From NCBI RefSeq assembly GCF_009834535.1, contig NC_045696.1:110114001-110178000 (forward strand): a stretch of DNA of 64,000 bases. Reading direction: 5' to 3'. The notes beneath the pieces are model-generated. The model was not told where the DNA came from. It worked only from the letters and a program-made list of their open reading frames with translations, and did no database searches. The position numbers and the translations under genes were made by a program. Numbering within the stretch: the stretch's first letter is position 1; every line of letters begins with the position of its first letter. The DNA is from Camelus ferus. Its lineage: Eukaryota. Shown piece after piece: positions 1 through 14,136 of the stretch.

Positions 1-9
1 CTCTCCCAG

Positions 10-171
10 GACATACTGCTTAACTCTTCTCAATTTCCTTGTTTGTAAAAGTGGAATAATCATGGTACTTACTTCATCGGGTTGTTGTGGGATTGGATGA
101 GGTAATGCAAAAAAAACCACTTAGAGCAAGCTTAATACATGGCAGGCACTCACTAAAGGTTGGTTATTACT
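10..171 (+). mobile_element. MIR SINE fragment (core and 3' part)
   Basis: CTCAATTTCCTTGTTTGTAAAAGTGGAATAAT...GGGTTGTTGTGGGATT...TAATGCA resembles the MIR core. Confidence 0.8.
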
Positions 172-1622
172 TTCCTTTGAATTTTGTCAAATGCTTCCAC
201 TTGAGATGGCTGAGCTCAGATATTTACATATAAGGAAATTCTAGGGCTGAGAAGGACATTGGAATCCACCTGCTCCAGAGAAATTCAAGAGATTTGCCTG
301 GGATCACAGAGTTTATGGCAGAGCCAAGATGGAGTCTGGGTCTCCTGACTGTAATTTTATGTTTAGGAGCAATGACTCATTTAGAATGGAGTTTGACACA
401 ATAAAGAAGCTGTCTATTTGATTCTGCATGCATCAAAGTTGATTTATTTTGGTTAGTTTTCACTTCTTCTGAAAATCCATCTATAGTTAAAAACAGAGGA
501 CACACTGATTCCCATCACTGTTAAATTCTGTCTTGAGTACAAAGGGAAACAAACCCAAATATTAAATCAAAGCTCTCCGCAGCCTAGAGGTAGGACTCTA
601 GTTTGAAATTAGTTCCCTTTTGCTCACCAGTTTAATGACACTGTCAGTTGTTTCTTAATTAAGTCGCCCTTAACTGTTACACCGCATGAATTTTAAGAGC
701 TAACAGAGATGCTTGCTGTGTTACAATGTATTTTCTAGTGAAATAATTTGAACTGGTTCTCTTTTAAAAGGCTTAGATAAGGGCATTTCAGCAAACAACT
801 TTAAAGTGTTTCTCCAGGTAATGAGGATCTGGAAATTCCTACAAGTTTCCAGACTCTTCAGACTCTTGACAGTTAAATTCCAGTTCCTCCAAAGTAAGCC
901 ACTGAATTTTTTTTTATCTGTGAAATAGAAATCATGACTCTTGTAACCCAGAGGGAGACACAGAGGAGCCATGAGACAAAGGAATTACCCAAATAGATGG
1001 TGGCAATTTCCAAAACAGCTATAAAGGTGGATGTACTCTTTTTATTCTTTCTTTCCAAAATCAAATCAGTGTTCACTGGAGAGCAGGTGTTCTATCCTAG
1101 CTTCCCCTTTGCCTTAGGAAGGTTCACCTGAGATACCTTCTGACCCAAATAGATGAAGTGGGCTGAAGTCAGCCTGTGGCTATCACACTGGGAAGCAAAA
1201 AAGAGATATCGCCTCCTCCTGGGGAGAGAGCCTCGTTGAAACAGTAATATGAATTCCCAGCAGACCAACTGTTTGCACAAGAACATGCTATTGCTATTCC
1301 TAAGCAACCAATGCCATTCTCAAAGGCACTGTGAATGGAGAGCTAGCTTCTTCTGTCTCTTGTATCAGAAGTGTGACTTCAGAAGCAGAGAGTTGACTCT
1401 CTGATTAAAAAGAATACTCTACTGGCATCTTGGAAGGACTCACTCAACTGACGAAGTTTGCCCTGAAGTTAAGGAGTCAGATGCCATTTTGATCAATGGG
1501 AGCCTCTATCAATTAGTAAACACATACTCATTCTATTTGTGCAGGTCAGCTGCAGACACACAACAGCACCTCGTCTACTCTGGTTGGTATCTACCGTGTC
1601 ATTCAACTCGCCATTCTCTTAC

Positions 1623-1652
1623 CCAGCCTCTTGTTCTGTGCTGCCATTAGCG
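1623..1652 (-). other. Candidate 30-nt exon (unverified)
   Basis: Minus strand reads ttatctcttttag|CGCTAATGGCAGCACAGAACAAGAGGCTGG|gtaagag. Canonical AG and GTAAG sites, length divisible by 3. Confidence 0.25.
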
Positions 1653-2109
1653 CTAAAAGAGATAACTGATTTATGAGGCAACCAAGATACCATGGAATGG
1701 TTAACAAACTTTTACTTGTAGAGAGAAGTTGTCACAAAATTTAATGACAATCTGCAATTAAAAATATTTGGGAACTGCTATATAGTTGCTCTATTGCTAT
1801 TAAACAAACACAAAAGTAAGATTTGGCACTCAAATACCTCATTAAGTTAGCTCAAACTATAAGACTTGTTTTGTTGCAGCGCAATAGGCTCTTTGTTCCT
1901 GTTACTTATTTCCACTGCTTAAAATCCTGGCTTAACGCCAATGACCTCCCCTCACTCCAACTCCAAGTTTCTATCAGACTTTTCTTGGAACATATGACAA
2001 AAAGACCTTCAAAGGTAGACAGTAATTTGATTTCTATGGTGGTTTTCCCACTGAATATCTCTGGAGTGGACTTTGGAAAGTCTCCTCAGTAACCTAGTTC
2101 AGATTTAAT

Positions 2110-2640
2110 TCTCATTCATCCCTTCGATTCATTCAACACGTATGTATTGAGCATCTTGATGCCAGGAACTGACTTAGGTGCTAAGGATGCAGTCAAGATA
2201 AACATATTCCCTCCCCTTAGGCTTACAGTCCCAAGAGGGCAACAGAAAATTACCAGCCACTTAGAATGCAGCATGTCGAGAGCTAATGAGAGAGGAAGGT
2301 CGATGCTATAGGGGCACCTGGCGAGGCACCCTGACCCAGACCCAGAGGGATCTCAGGAAAGACTTTATAGAAGAAATGGTGATAAAACAGAAGAGGTGAA
2401 GATATAGTAGAAAAGCGTTCTTGGGAGAGGGGGTGTCAGGAACACAGGCTGAGAAGAGAGAGGACAGGGCAACTGAAAGAAAAGCGAGAAATCCACTATT
2501 GATACAGTTGGGTTTGGATAATGAGGTCAAGAGAAGCAAACTGGGGCTGGATTATGAAAGGCTGTGGAAGCCAGGTGAAGGTGTTTGACTTCAGTCTAAA
2601 AGTACAAGGGAGGCATTATAGGATTTTAGAGAGGAAGGTG
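2110..2640 (-). mobile_element. L2 LINE 3' fragment
   Basis: TCATTCAACACGTATGTATTGAGCATC...GTGCTAAGGATGCAG...GCTTACAGTC is the reverse of the L2 3' end. Confidence 0.8.
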
Positions 2641-2809
2641 GGAGTGTTCTTGGACTATGGTTTCCTGCCATCTTGGTACCCGCTGGAGCAACAATGGATG
2701 GCCTGTGCTATCAGACTACCTCTTCTCATAGATAATGCCACTTGCCCCACCCAACTTTTTTTTTCAATTAAAAAAAAATTGGCAGGACTTCATTCCTTAT
2801 TTTACTTTT

Positions 2810-3075
2810 CTTTGTCTTCTGGTTTTATTGAGATATAACTGACATACAGCACTGTATAAGTTTAAGGTGTGCAGCATAACAGTTTGACCTGGATACATCA
2901 TGAAATGATTACAATAAGTTTAGTGAACATCCATCATCTTTTACAGATAAAAATTAAATAGAAAAAAAAGTTTCCTTGTGATGAGAACTTAGATTTACTC
3001 TTTTAACAACGTTCACGTATAACATGCAGCAATGTTAATTCTTTATCGTGTTGTATATTACATCCCTAGTACCAC
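2810..3075 (-). mobile_element. L1 3'UTR fragment
   Basis: TTTTATTGAGATATAACTGACATACAGCACTGTATAAGTTTAAGGTGT is a reversed L1MA-type 3' end. Confidence 0.8.
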
Positions 3076-3179
3076 CCCTCTTTGAAACTAGACATTTCAA
3101 AACCACTTAACAAATTTTTCTTTGGTATAAAATAACACCTTTGTTAAAATTAAAAAGCTAAGCTATTAGTGTATCATGT

Positions 3180-3330
3180 CCTTGATCTAGAAGGGACTTG
3201 AGAGGTCATACATTCTAACCCTTCACACTTTTCAGGTAAAGAAACCAAGGTTAAGAAAGGTGCACTGTCTCATCTGAGGGTCTGTGGGTGCTGAAGGATG
3301 AGCGAAGCCCAAAACCCAAGTTCCTGGTGG
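3180..3330 (-). mobile_element. MIR/MIR3 fragment
   Basis: GAAGGGACTTGAGAGGTCAT...TTTTCAGGTAAAGAAACCAAGG resembles the reversed MIR core. Confidence 0.6.
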
Positions 3331-4514
3331 ACATCCCTCTCCGTAGCAGTATCAGATAATGAAGTCTGTCTGACTGACTTAGACATCCTTATTATTATAT
3401 AAGCTGGGTTAAATGAATTTTTTAACCTTAACCAGTACATATGAAAGCTGAGGAGTGCTCCTGAATGATCTTCATTAGGAATGTAATATATGAAATACTA
3501 TGATGCAGCCCTGCTAATAATGTAGATTTATACTTTGAATGCATAGAAGACCTTTAAATGAAACCTCAGGACTTTGTCCAATGGTAGAATCATCTAATTA
3601 GAAGCATAATCATATGCTACAAGCAGTATCGTCACAGAAGATAATTTTTTTTTTAAATGAATACCCCTAGAAACAAAAGGACAACATCACCACCTCAGCA
3701 AAAGTGGGCTCTCTGGCTCCAAAGTTATCCCACGCATTTCTCAACTGCCCCAAGAAAAACAGCTATTATACAGATTTTAACTAAAGATTACCTGAAAACT
3801 AAAGTAGTAGCCATAAACTTGGAGGGTAATGTATATCCCACAAGCATAGTTTAATTACAGCACGGAAGGCTGAGTTTTATAACCTGGGGAAACATTTGGC
3901 TAGAAATTCAAACAGGCCATGCCATGTTTGTAACCTTAACTTAAAAGACCCTGAATAATTTTAAAATTGGGAAAACACAGGCAAATGTTAGATCCTGATT
4001 TTTTTTTTCTGTAGTGAAATAATACATATAAACTGTAGCCCACAGGCTTCTAAGACTCCGCCCTTGAGGACATTGCTCTACAGTTTACCATATGAGCGTA
4101 GTTGAGAAAACTGTGCCCTGTTTGCTTAAAAATCACCTACCAAAGAGGCTAACTCATCCTCCGAGGAAGGCATGGTTGAGAAATGCCTTGAAAAAAATAA
4201 CAAACCTGCATGCACTGGATATTTACTGGGTATATACAGTAATTTTCCAGTTTTCTCAATCAGTTTCTGTTCATTTGCTTATCCATTCATTAAGGAAGTG
4301 TCTATTTTAAAAGAATTATCATCGGAACCAAGGAGGTTACAGAAAAGTTTATTTTTTGTACTGCTTACTATAAAATCCGGGGCAACATACGTATTTATTT
4401 GAAAGAACATAATCCCTAATTAAGATATAAGTAAGTGGACTGCGGCCCCGTGGAGTCTGTAAATGCAAGTGCTGAAAAAAATGCAAAGCAAGAAAAATAC
4501 AGGAGAAAAGCTTT

Positions 4515-6420
4515 AAACTTTTAACTTTGAAATAATTTTAGATTTACAGAAGAGCTGCAAACATAGTACTGAGTTCCTGTATACCATTCTCTTAATGCTA
4601 ACATCTTATATAACCATGGTATAATTATAAACTAAGCAGTTAACATTGGTACGGTATTACTGACTAAAGTCCCACTCCATTTGAATTTCCCTGTCTTTTT
4701 TTTTTTTTTTTTTTTTTTTTTAACTAATGTCCTTGAAGGAGTTCAGGACATGCTTCTCAAAAATACGCCACTTTGGCAAATGATTATTAAGAACTAAAGG
4801 CACTTAGGAAAGAGTAAATGCAGAAGGACTCTCTGACCTCTCCTTTTCTACCTAAAAACAGGCCATAAAGCTTCTCATGGGAAAGGTACCCTCCCTGGAT
4901 CAGGATGAGAAGAGCATCTTTATCCACAGAGACTGAGAATCAAGGCTGAAATGGGTCTGTACAAACTGACTGAAATAACTTTTATGTCCACTGGTTTCCC
5001 TCCCACCCCATCTATGTCCCACTGCCTTCCCCACGACCTACTGCCCCCAGTCCAACCCCTTTGTGCTGTCTTTTCATCACAAATCTACCATTTGCTTAAA
5101 AGGTGGAAAACCTTCCTGCTCTGGTCATTTCTTCAAGCTCTTCATTCTCCTGTGAAGGCCCTCATCTACATGCAGAAATTGAATAAAACTTGTATGCTTT
5201 TCTTCTGTTAACAGTTTTATGTCAGTGTAATCCTTAAGTCCAGCCAAAGATCCTAAGTGGGTAAAGGGGAATTTTTCCTCCCCTATATCCTTTTTCTGTT
5301 CCTGGCTCCAACCCAGGGTCCCACATTGCATTTAGTTGTCACCTCCTTAGTCTCCTTCCCTCCATTACAGTTTCTCAGTCTTTCCTTGCCTTCACTCTTT
5401 CATGTCCTTGTTACTGTTCAAGGGCACGGCGCAGGCATTTTGTAGAATGCTCCTGGATGTGGGGTTGTGAATTTGAGGGAAGAGCACCACAGAGGTGAAG
5501 GATTCTCTTCGTCGCGTGATATCAGGGTGTACACGATGTTAACATGACTTATTACTGGTGGAGTTCACCTTGATTATTCAGGTAAGGTGGTGTTCAGGTC
5601 TGCCAGGTTTCTCCACTGGAAAATTACTAACGTTCCCTTTCCATTCTCTCTTCATTCGAAGTGAGTCACTAGCCCAGCCCACACTCCAGGGGAGAGGAAC
5701 TGACCTTCACCTACTAGAGGAAGAAGTCTCAAAGAACTTCAACATATGCTAAAACCACCACAGTAATAACTATCTGGGGAGAGATACTTTGAATCTATGC
5801 AAATACACCATCTCTCAAAGTCTTGCCTGAATTTTAGTATTCCTTGATCTTGCCTACAGCAATTTACTCTGGTGTTCTAATGATGATTTTCTATTTATCT
5901 CTATATTTTCTATATTTAATAATTGAGATTCTTTTTTAAGGAATATTTATCCTCTCTCCTCACTTATTTATTAATATTACTATGGTATCATTGACACTTA
6001 TTCTTTTCTTTGGATTACACAATACGATATTGGTTTATTTTCTTGCTAAAATTACTCCAGCTTTGGCCACTGGAGGTTCTTTTAGATTTGCTTCTGTGTC
6101 TTTTTAAGATGGTCTTTATCTCTTTTTTTTCCTTGACCATTTTCTTACTTTCTGGCATTACAAGATGCTCTAGGTTTATCTGATATTTTCCTTTCCCAGA
6201 TTTAGAATGAGCCATTTCTCCAAGGAGCACTGGCTCGTTTTACCAGAAAAGGGTATTTAGAAACCAAGATCTGGACACTAGGTACACTCATTGCTAGAGG
6301 GATTCTGCCATTCCTAGGCCTTCTCAGGAAACAGAGCTAGAAAATCTATGTATATTAACTTCATACTGCTCATACTGTTACATCCAACTTTAAACCAACG
6401 CCAAAGGACTCATTTAAGCA
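4515..6420 (-). mobile_element. Old L1 3' region (L1MC4/5-like), interrupted by an LTR
   Basis: Starts TTTTAACTTTGAAATAATTTTAGATTTACAGAAGAGCTGCAA. The L1 sequence rejoins across the LTR (ctaatgtcct|ttttctgttcc) and later has GCCATTTCTCCAAGGAGC...TATTTAGAAACCAAGATCTGG. Confidence 0.8.
4734..5287 (+). mobile_element. ERV1-class solo LTR (MER34/MER39-like)
   Basis: Begins TGAAGGAGTTCAGGACATGC...AAAATACGCCACTTTGGCA, has AATAAA near 5182, ends TTCCTCCCCTATA. 4-bp TSD TCCT at 4730-4733 and 5288-5291. Confidence 0.85.
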
Positions 6421-6452
6421 TTCACAGGAGAGGAGTTTCTAATCAGAGAAAG

Positions 6453-6826
6453 TTTTTTTTTTTTTTTTAAATTGAAGTATAGTAAGTTTACAATGTTGTG
6501 TCAATTTCTGGTATATAGCACAATGCTGCAGTCATACACGAATTACACATACTTGTTTTCATATTCTTTTTCACCGTTAGCCACTACAAGATATCGAACA
6601 TAGTTCCCTGCGCTATACAGTATAAACTTGTTTATCTATTTTATATATACCAGTCAGTTTCTGCAAATCTCAAACTCCCAATTTATCCCTTCCCACCCCT
6701 TTCCCCCCAGTAACCATAGGTTTGTTTTCTATGTCTGTGAATCTGTTTCTGTTTTGTAAAGAAGTTCCTTTGTCTTTTTTTTTTTTAAGATTCCACATAT
6801 GAGTGATATCATATGGTATTTTTCTT
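6453..6826 (-). mobile_element. 5'-truncated lineage-specific L1 3' end
   Basis: Poly(T) followed by AATTGAAGTATAGT...TTTACAATGTTGTGTCAATTTCTGG. Near-perfect TSD AGAGAAA(A)GTTTT at 6445 and 6827. Confidence 0.85.
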
Positions 6827-7859
6827 AGAGAAAAGTTTTAATCAAAGAAAGATTTCTCAAAATAGGCCAGGCTGAGAGGTGAAAACACCAGAATGGTCAT
6901 TAATTGAGTTTCTTTGATTAAAATCTTCTCAGCAGGTGGTAGCAGGTCATATTGCATACATTTTATAGGTGAGAAAAGTGGGACTCCAGGGAGGTCAAGG
7001 AACATGGCCAGTATCTACGATACTGGTAAGAGGGAAGACTTCCCCTACCTGTGGGATGTTCATAACTTGGCATACCAGAGGAGAGGAGAGGAGAGGGAGC
7101 TCTCCAGACCAGGAAAATACAATGAGTGAAGGCAGAGGAGCACGCACTGGGGCTGGCAGGACATCCTCCTGGTTGAGGCAGAGTACTGGCACTCTACTCC
7201 CCAGTACAGTGCAGCACAGTGAGGATTTACCCAGGGACTAAAGGAAATTCCATACCTAAGCCCTGCTTCTGCCTCCTTGGGTAATTGGCTTCATCTCTCT
7301 GTACCTCTGTTTCCTTATCTGGAAAACAGTTGCATCTTTTTAGCATACCAGGCAATAATAAAAGGTAAAGGAATGAAAATATGAATGTAAACTCTTCTAC
7401 TTCATAAATGGTTTTGTTTCTGGAGCTGTTATAAGGCTAAATAAATAATGTAATAGAAAATGCACTTTATAAACACACAACATTCTTTTATAACAGGTCT
7501 AGATGAACACAATGCACTTTAATATCATGGGAAGTATTAATCGATTATATCAGTCTATAAAATCTGGAAATGAGACAAACTCAAAAGATCCCATTGTAAA
7601 AAATGACTAAAGCAAGATATGTTTCTAGTACTTTTAACATATGCAAGTAGTGTGTGATATTAATTCCAAATGCTGAGCTCCTTTTAAATTCAGCCCTGGA
7701 ATATAAACTCCCAGAAGACAAGTCCATGCCTCAGGAAGAGTTCTGGATTTCCAGGAGGCCAGAGGCTCTGCATAGGAGTGCCACATGCTTCTTTTTACTA
7801 CTGCTGTTTTTCGCTGTCTGTGTCACACATGACAAGCTATTAGCATGGGCAGAGAGGGA

Positions 7860-8100
7860 GTACAGTACAGATTAAAAGCACAGACAATGGAGCCAAATCA
7901 TCTGTTTTCAAATCCTGTCTATTTCACTTATTAGTTGTACAACTTTATATAATTTCTCCATGCCTGTTTCCTCATAACGTAAAATCAAGAAAATGACAAC
8001 GTAATACAACTAGGGCTGTTTTGAAAGTCAGTGAATAGACATACATAAAGCATTTAGAGCAGTGCCAGGAACATGGTGAAAACCCAGTAAGTGTTAGATG
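7860..8100 (+). mobile_element. MIR SINE (near full length)
   Basis: TTAAAAGCACAGAC..GGAGCCA..TTCAAATCCTG..CACTTATTAGTTGT..CATTTAGAGCAGTGCCAGGAACATGGT. Confidence 0.8.
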
Positions 8101-8716
8101 TAATTGCACTTCACTAGTAACCTTATCAAGTAGAGTTCCTAATGAGGGGGCACAGGTTGTTAGTTCAAAGTACTGGAGACATTTTATTATCTTATCTAAT
8201 CACACGAGGAGAGGGGAAGAGCAGAATCACACTGAATACAGGTAAAGCTTGTTTCTTAGAACTAACTTCATGCTGAGAATGTGACTTTCAAGGAGCAGGG
8301 AAATACGGAGTTTGGGATTCTGCTTCTGGGCAGCAGCTCCCTGGCCCAGCCTCTGTCCCTCTGCTTCCCAACACATGCCCCCACCCTGAGCAGCGCTGTG
8401 TGCTTGGTCTCCTGACACTGAAACCCACCCTTACTCCACCAGCTGAACTGCCCTCCCAACTCTCCTCACAGGATAAATGCTGTCCATCCTTAAATCTACT
8501 TCCACTTCTAACCCCTCTTCAGAATCTTTCTTCATGTCAGCCAACCCCAACCTCTGTTTTTAACTCTCTTCATATGCGTGCTGAGAAGCACACCATTCCA
8601 AATATAATTTTTTTTAACTGAAGTATCCATGTATGTTAGGAGTGTCCACCCAACTGGACTGTGACTTCCTTGAGAACAGAGCCGTGTCTTACACAGCCTT
8701 ATTGTGTAGCCTTCAG

Positions 8717-8941
8717 CAGTGGTTCTCAACAGGAGATGATTTTGGCCCCATGTAACCTTTGGTAATAACTGGAGAGATTTTTGGTTATACAACTGAGGGA
8801 GTGAGGTGTTACCTGCGTCTGGTGGGTAGAGACCAGAGATGCTGCAAAACAACTCAAAATGCACAGGACAGTCGGTCCTCTTCTGTAACAAAGAATTTTC
8901 TGGTTCAAAATATTCTTTGTGCCAAGGTTGAGAAACTTCTG
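8717..8941. mobile_element. MER20 hAT-Charlie MITE inside an L2 3' fragment
   Basis: CAGTGGTTCTCAAC...GGTGGGTAGAGACCAGAGATGCTGC...AATGCACAGGACAG...GCCAAGGTTGAGAAAC; terminal inverted repeats (TIRs) present. Confidence 0.85.
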
Positions 8942-9685
8942 CCCAACAGTATCCAGGACAGTGGAAAAATAAGATTCATTCTAATTTTGTGATTTTTTTT
9001 TCTGTAATATCTCAATGAGCTAAGCACTAACTCTCAACTTCCATTCCAAAGTCATACCCACTAACCTGGGGTGCCTTATTACCAGCAATAATAATCATGA
9101 AAACAAGAGGGAATATTTTGTCTTTATGTTGTTTGGGCCTTGTAGTATTTGTGTCACCCTCAGTGGCATCAGCAGCAGTGACTGTTAATTCTCACTATGA
9201 ATAAAGACAATGACATCTCCTTGGCATTGAGAAGATGACTATATACGTCAGTCCTGGCCTCCTGCCTCAGCACAGCCATAGGCTCTGAAGGCTGTTTACC
9301 AGCAGCCTCAGCCCAGATTACTTCTTGGATATCAGCAGCCCATCCCCTGGGCAGGTGGGGCCCGAGGTTGATTTTGTTGCTCTTGCCCAGGTGTATCTAC
9401 GGGGACTAGAGTGGTCTCTAGGCCACCAATATGTCCACCTCATTGCAGTTTTTTCTTACCAACCACCAGACTTGTCCAGTTCCCAGGGGATGGGCTCTGC
9501 TCCCAGTACCTCAGTCACTGGCCGTGAGCCTGTTTCCACCACAATGGCCTTGCTGGCACCATAGCCTTGGAACTAGCCTGACCGCTAGCAAGATCTGTGC
9601 CTGCTTTCCTCAACAGCTTAGACCACCTGTCCTCAAATCTTCCTGGATATCAACTGTTCCACTATAGATGGTATGATTTTAACAT

Positions 9686-10026
9686 TTATTTATTTATTTA
9701 CTTATATTGAGTTATAGTCAGTTTACAATGTTGTGTCAGTTTCTGGTGTACAGCACAAGTCTTCAGTCATACATGAATATACATAACGTTCATTTTCATA
9801 TTCTTTTTCACTGTAAGCTACTACAAGATATTGAATTTCCCTGTGCTATACAGTATAAACTTGTTTATTTTATATATACCAGTCAGTATCTGCAAATCTC
9901 GAACTCCCAGTTTATCCCTTCCTACCCATCTCCCTGCTGGCAACCACAAGTCTGTATTCTATGTCTGTGAGTCTGTTTCTGTTTTGTAAATAAGTTCATT
10001 TGTCTTTTTTTTTTTCTTAGATTCCT
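9686..10026 (-). mobile_element. 5'-truncated L1 3' end (same family as 6453-6826)
   Basis: Closely similar to 6453-6826 (GTTTACAATGTTGTGTCA...CTACAAGATAT...CCTGTGCTATACAGTATAAACTTG). Confidence 0.85.
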
Positions 10027-11001
10027 TAACCTTCATTTTAAATAATTTTGATCCTAAAAGATTTGAGCAGTACCATCATGATCGGGTCAGCTGGATACTT
10101 TGAATGAACCTCTATAGTGAGGGCCTGTCCCCAAACTACTGTGATAAGTACAGCTCATTCCACTACTGACATGGAGCCCAAGATGGCACATGTAAAATGT
10201 TTTTGGTGAGGAAAAGGGACATACGCAAATACTTTTAAAAGCTTCTTAGCACAATATATAATGATTACAGAAAACAAAATAAATGAATCATTACAAGTTG
10301 CTATCTCATTCTCAGAGCCTTATTTCATTTGAATTTTCTGTCTCCGGGTAATGTGATATGTTTCCATCACTCAAATGTGATCATGGCTTAAGACTTTTTA
10401 TGCACTACAGAAAATGGATGGAGTAAATAAAAGGAATAGACTGAGATCAGAGCAATCAATTTTGCACTTAATTTCTATTTTGTGGAGGTGTTTTTTAAGA
10501 CTCTTTACCACCCCTTACCTGTATCCTGCTCAAACGTTATCCTCAAAAACAAACAAAAAAACTTACAAACTTGTCAGAGTTATAAAGTACAAAATTGCCC
10601 AGCTAATAATATTTTTTCAAAGCAACCTAGTCTCTGAATTTAAAAATTCAGATATTCTACCATTCACAGGATAATGCCTATGGACATAATATTTCAAGTT
10701 ACCAATAGATATGAGGTAATATACATAATTGATTACTTGCATTAAATCAGTATGGTTTATGACCAAGTCATGGTGATCTGCACCTGCAGGGCTCATAGAG
10801 ACAACTGAAGGAACTCAGACGTTTACAACTAGAGTGTATATGCACCAATTCCAAGATATATAACTATAAAATATATTTTTAAGAAAATTATATAAATATA
10901 TGAAGAAAAGGTAGGATTTCTGGAATGCTTGAGTGATGAGCTCAGTGAATATTTGCCCCAGAAAGCAAAGATAAACCTGGGCAAATTGTTGAAAACAACC
11001 A

Positions 11002-13572
11002 AATTTGTTGAAACTTATTAAAATAGCAAAAATCAGAGTGGAAATAAATGAAATAGAGACTAAGAAGACAATAGAAAAGATCAATGAAGAGCTGTTTTTT
11101 TTAAAAAAATTTAAAAAAAATAGACAAACCTTTAGCTAGACTCACCAAGAAAAAAGAAGACTCAAATAAAATGAGAAATGAAAGCTAGATGTTACAACTG
11201 ATACCACAGAAATACAAAATCATAAGAAACTAGTATGAGCACCAACAAACTGCACAACCTATAAGAAATGGATAAGTTCTTAGAAACATATAACCTACCA
11301 AGACTGAATCATGAAGAAATAGAAAATCCGAACACACTGATTACTAGCAAGAGGATTAAATCAATAATCAAAAATCTTTCAACAAACAAAAATCCATGAC
11401 CAGATGACTTCACTGGAAAATTCTACCAAACATTTAAAGAAGAATCAATACAAATCATTCTTAAACTTGTCCAAAAAAATGGAAGAGAAGGGAACACATC
11501 TAAGCTTATTTTATGAGGCCAACATTACACTGATATTAAAACCAGACAAGGACACTATCAGAAAAGAAAATTACAGACCAATATCCTAATGAACATAAGT
11601 GTAAAAATCCTGATCAAAATGTTAGCAAATTGAATTTAACAATACATTAAAAGGCTCATACACCATGATCAAGTGAGATTTATTCCAGGGATGTAAGGAT
11701 AGTTCAACATCCACAGATCAATCAGTCAATCACAATCAATGTGATTTCACCACATTATCAAAATGAAGGCTTCAAATCAGATGATCATCTTAATAGCTGC
11801 AGAAGAAGTATTTGAGAAATTTAACATCCATTCATGATAAAAAAACTTTCAACAAAGTGGTTATAGAAGAAATGCACCTCCAACATAAAAGAGGTTATAT
11901 ATGACAAACCCACAGCTAACATCATCTTCAATGGTAAAAAGCTGAAAGCTTTTCCTGTATGATTAGAAACAAGACATTGTTGGCATTTTTATTCATCATA
12001 CTATTGGTAGTCATAGCCACAGCAATTAGGCAAGAAAAAGAAATTAAAGGCATTCAAATCAGAAAGGAAGAAGTAAAACTTCTCTCCATTTGTAGATGAC
12101 ATGATATTATATACACAAAATCTAAACTCCAGCAAAAAACTGTTAGAGCTAATAAATTCAGTAAGGTTGCAGGATACAAAAGCAGAATAATATTTTGAAT
12201 AAGATTCAAAAAAGAATAAAACACCTAGGAATAAATTTAACCAAGGATGTGAAAGACCTGTACACTGAAAACTATAAGGCACTGAAGAAGATAGAAATAA
12301 ATTCGAAGATAGTCCATAATAATGGATTGAAAGAATATTAAATGGTCACACTACCCAAAGAAATACACAGATTCAGTGTAATCCCTATCAAAATTCCAAT
12401 GGCATTTTTCTCAGAAATAGAACAAACAGTCCTAAAATTTAAATGGAACCACGAAAGACCCCAAATAGTTAAGGCTGTCTTGCAAAAGAGGAACAAAGCT
12501 GGAGATACCACACTTCCTGATTTCAAACTATACTACAAAGCTAGTAATCAAAACAGTATAGTATTGGCATAAAAACAGACACATAGATCAATGGAAAAGA
12601 ATAGAAAGCTCGGGGGGAAAGCATGCCTACATGGTCAATTAACTGAAGACAAAGGAGCCAAGAACACATAATGGGGAAAGAACAGTTCCTCCATTAAATG
12701 GTGTTGGAAAAAACTGGACAGCCACATGCAAAATAATGAAAAACAGGACCACCATCTTACACTATACACAAAATGAATTAAAGACTTAAATGTAAGATCT
12801 GAAACCATAAAACTAGGAAAAAAAAATAAGGGATAAACTCTTAGACACTGGTCTTGGCAATGATTTTTGGATTTGTTACCAAAAGCAAAGACAATAAAAA
12901 GCAAAAACAACCAAATGGGACTACATCAAACCAAAATGCTTCTGCACAGCAAAGGGAACCATCAACAAAATTAAAAGGCAACCTATAGAATGGGAGAAAA
13001 TATTTGAAAATCATATCTTATAAGAGGCTAATATCCAAAAAGTATAAAGAACTCATAAAAACCAATAGAAAAAAAACAAATAATCTGATTAAAAATGGGC
13101 AGAAGATCCAAATAGACATTTTTTCAAAGAGGATGTACACATGGTCAACAAATACATGAAAAAAATGCTCAACATCACTACATCACTAATCATAATGGAA
13201 AGGAAAATCAAAACCACAGTGAGATTTCACTGAGGTGATATCATCTCACACCTGTCAGAATGGCTATCATCAAAAAGACAAGAAATAACAAGTGTTAGCA
13301 AGGATATCAAGAAAAGGGAACCCTTGTGCATTGTTGGTGGGAATATAAATTGGTGCAGTCACTATAGAAAACGATGTGAAGATTCCTCAAAAAGTTAAAA
13401 ACAGAACCACCATATGGTCCAGCAATTCCTCTTCTGGGTATTTAACTGAAAATGGAAACACTAGTTCAAAAAGATTTCTACCCCTTTATGTTCACTGCAG
13501 AATTATTTATTATAGCCAAGGCATGGAAACAACCTAAGGGTCCATCAATTGATGAATGCGTAAAGAAACTGT

Positions 13573-13608
<36 letters not shown>

Positions 13609-14136
13609 GAAGTATTATTCAGCCAAAAAAAAAAATAAATCTTGCCACTTGTGATAACATGGATATACCTTGAGGGCATTATGCTAAGTAAAATAAGTCA
13701 GAGAAAGACAAATACTGTATAATCATTCACATGTTGAATCTAAAGGGAAAAAAACTCATGGATTCAGAGAACAGATTTGTGGTTACCAAAGGCAGGGTGT
13801 ATGTATAGGGTAGGGATGGGACAAATGAGTCATGGTGGTGAAAAGGTACAAACTTCTAGGTATAAGATAAATAGGTCTTGGGGGTGTAATGTACAGCATG
13901 GTAACTATACTTAACACTATCTCTTTGTATATTTGAAAGTAAGCTAAGAGGAAAAATGTTAAAAGTTCTCATTACAAGAAAAAAATATAACTATGTGTGG
14001 TGATGGATGTTAAATAAACATTGTGGTAATCATTTCAAAATATATACTTATACACAAATCAAATCACTATCTTGTATACCTGAAACTAATACAATTTACG
14101 TGTCAATTGTATCTCAATAAAAAATAAAAACAAAAC
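11002..14136 (+). mobile_element. 5'-truncated L1 (ORF2 RT region to polyA), degraded
   Basis: ORF2 remnants ([55 protein letters not shown]), L1 3'UTR, AATAAA and A-rich tail. Degenerate TSD AAAACAACCA/AAAATGACCA. Many stops and frameshifts. Confidence 0.95.

Noticed and set aside
721..1307. Three clustered minus-strand ORFs and an acceptor-like ttctatttcacag
   Set aside because: No recognisable protein similarity and no consistent exon with a matching donor.
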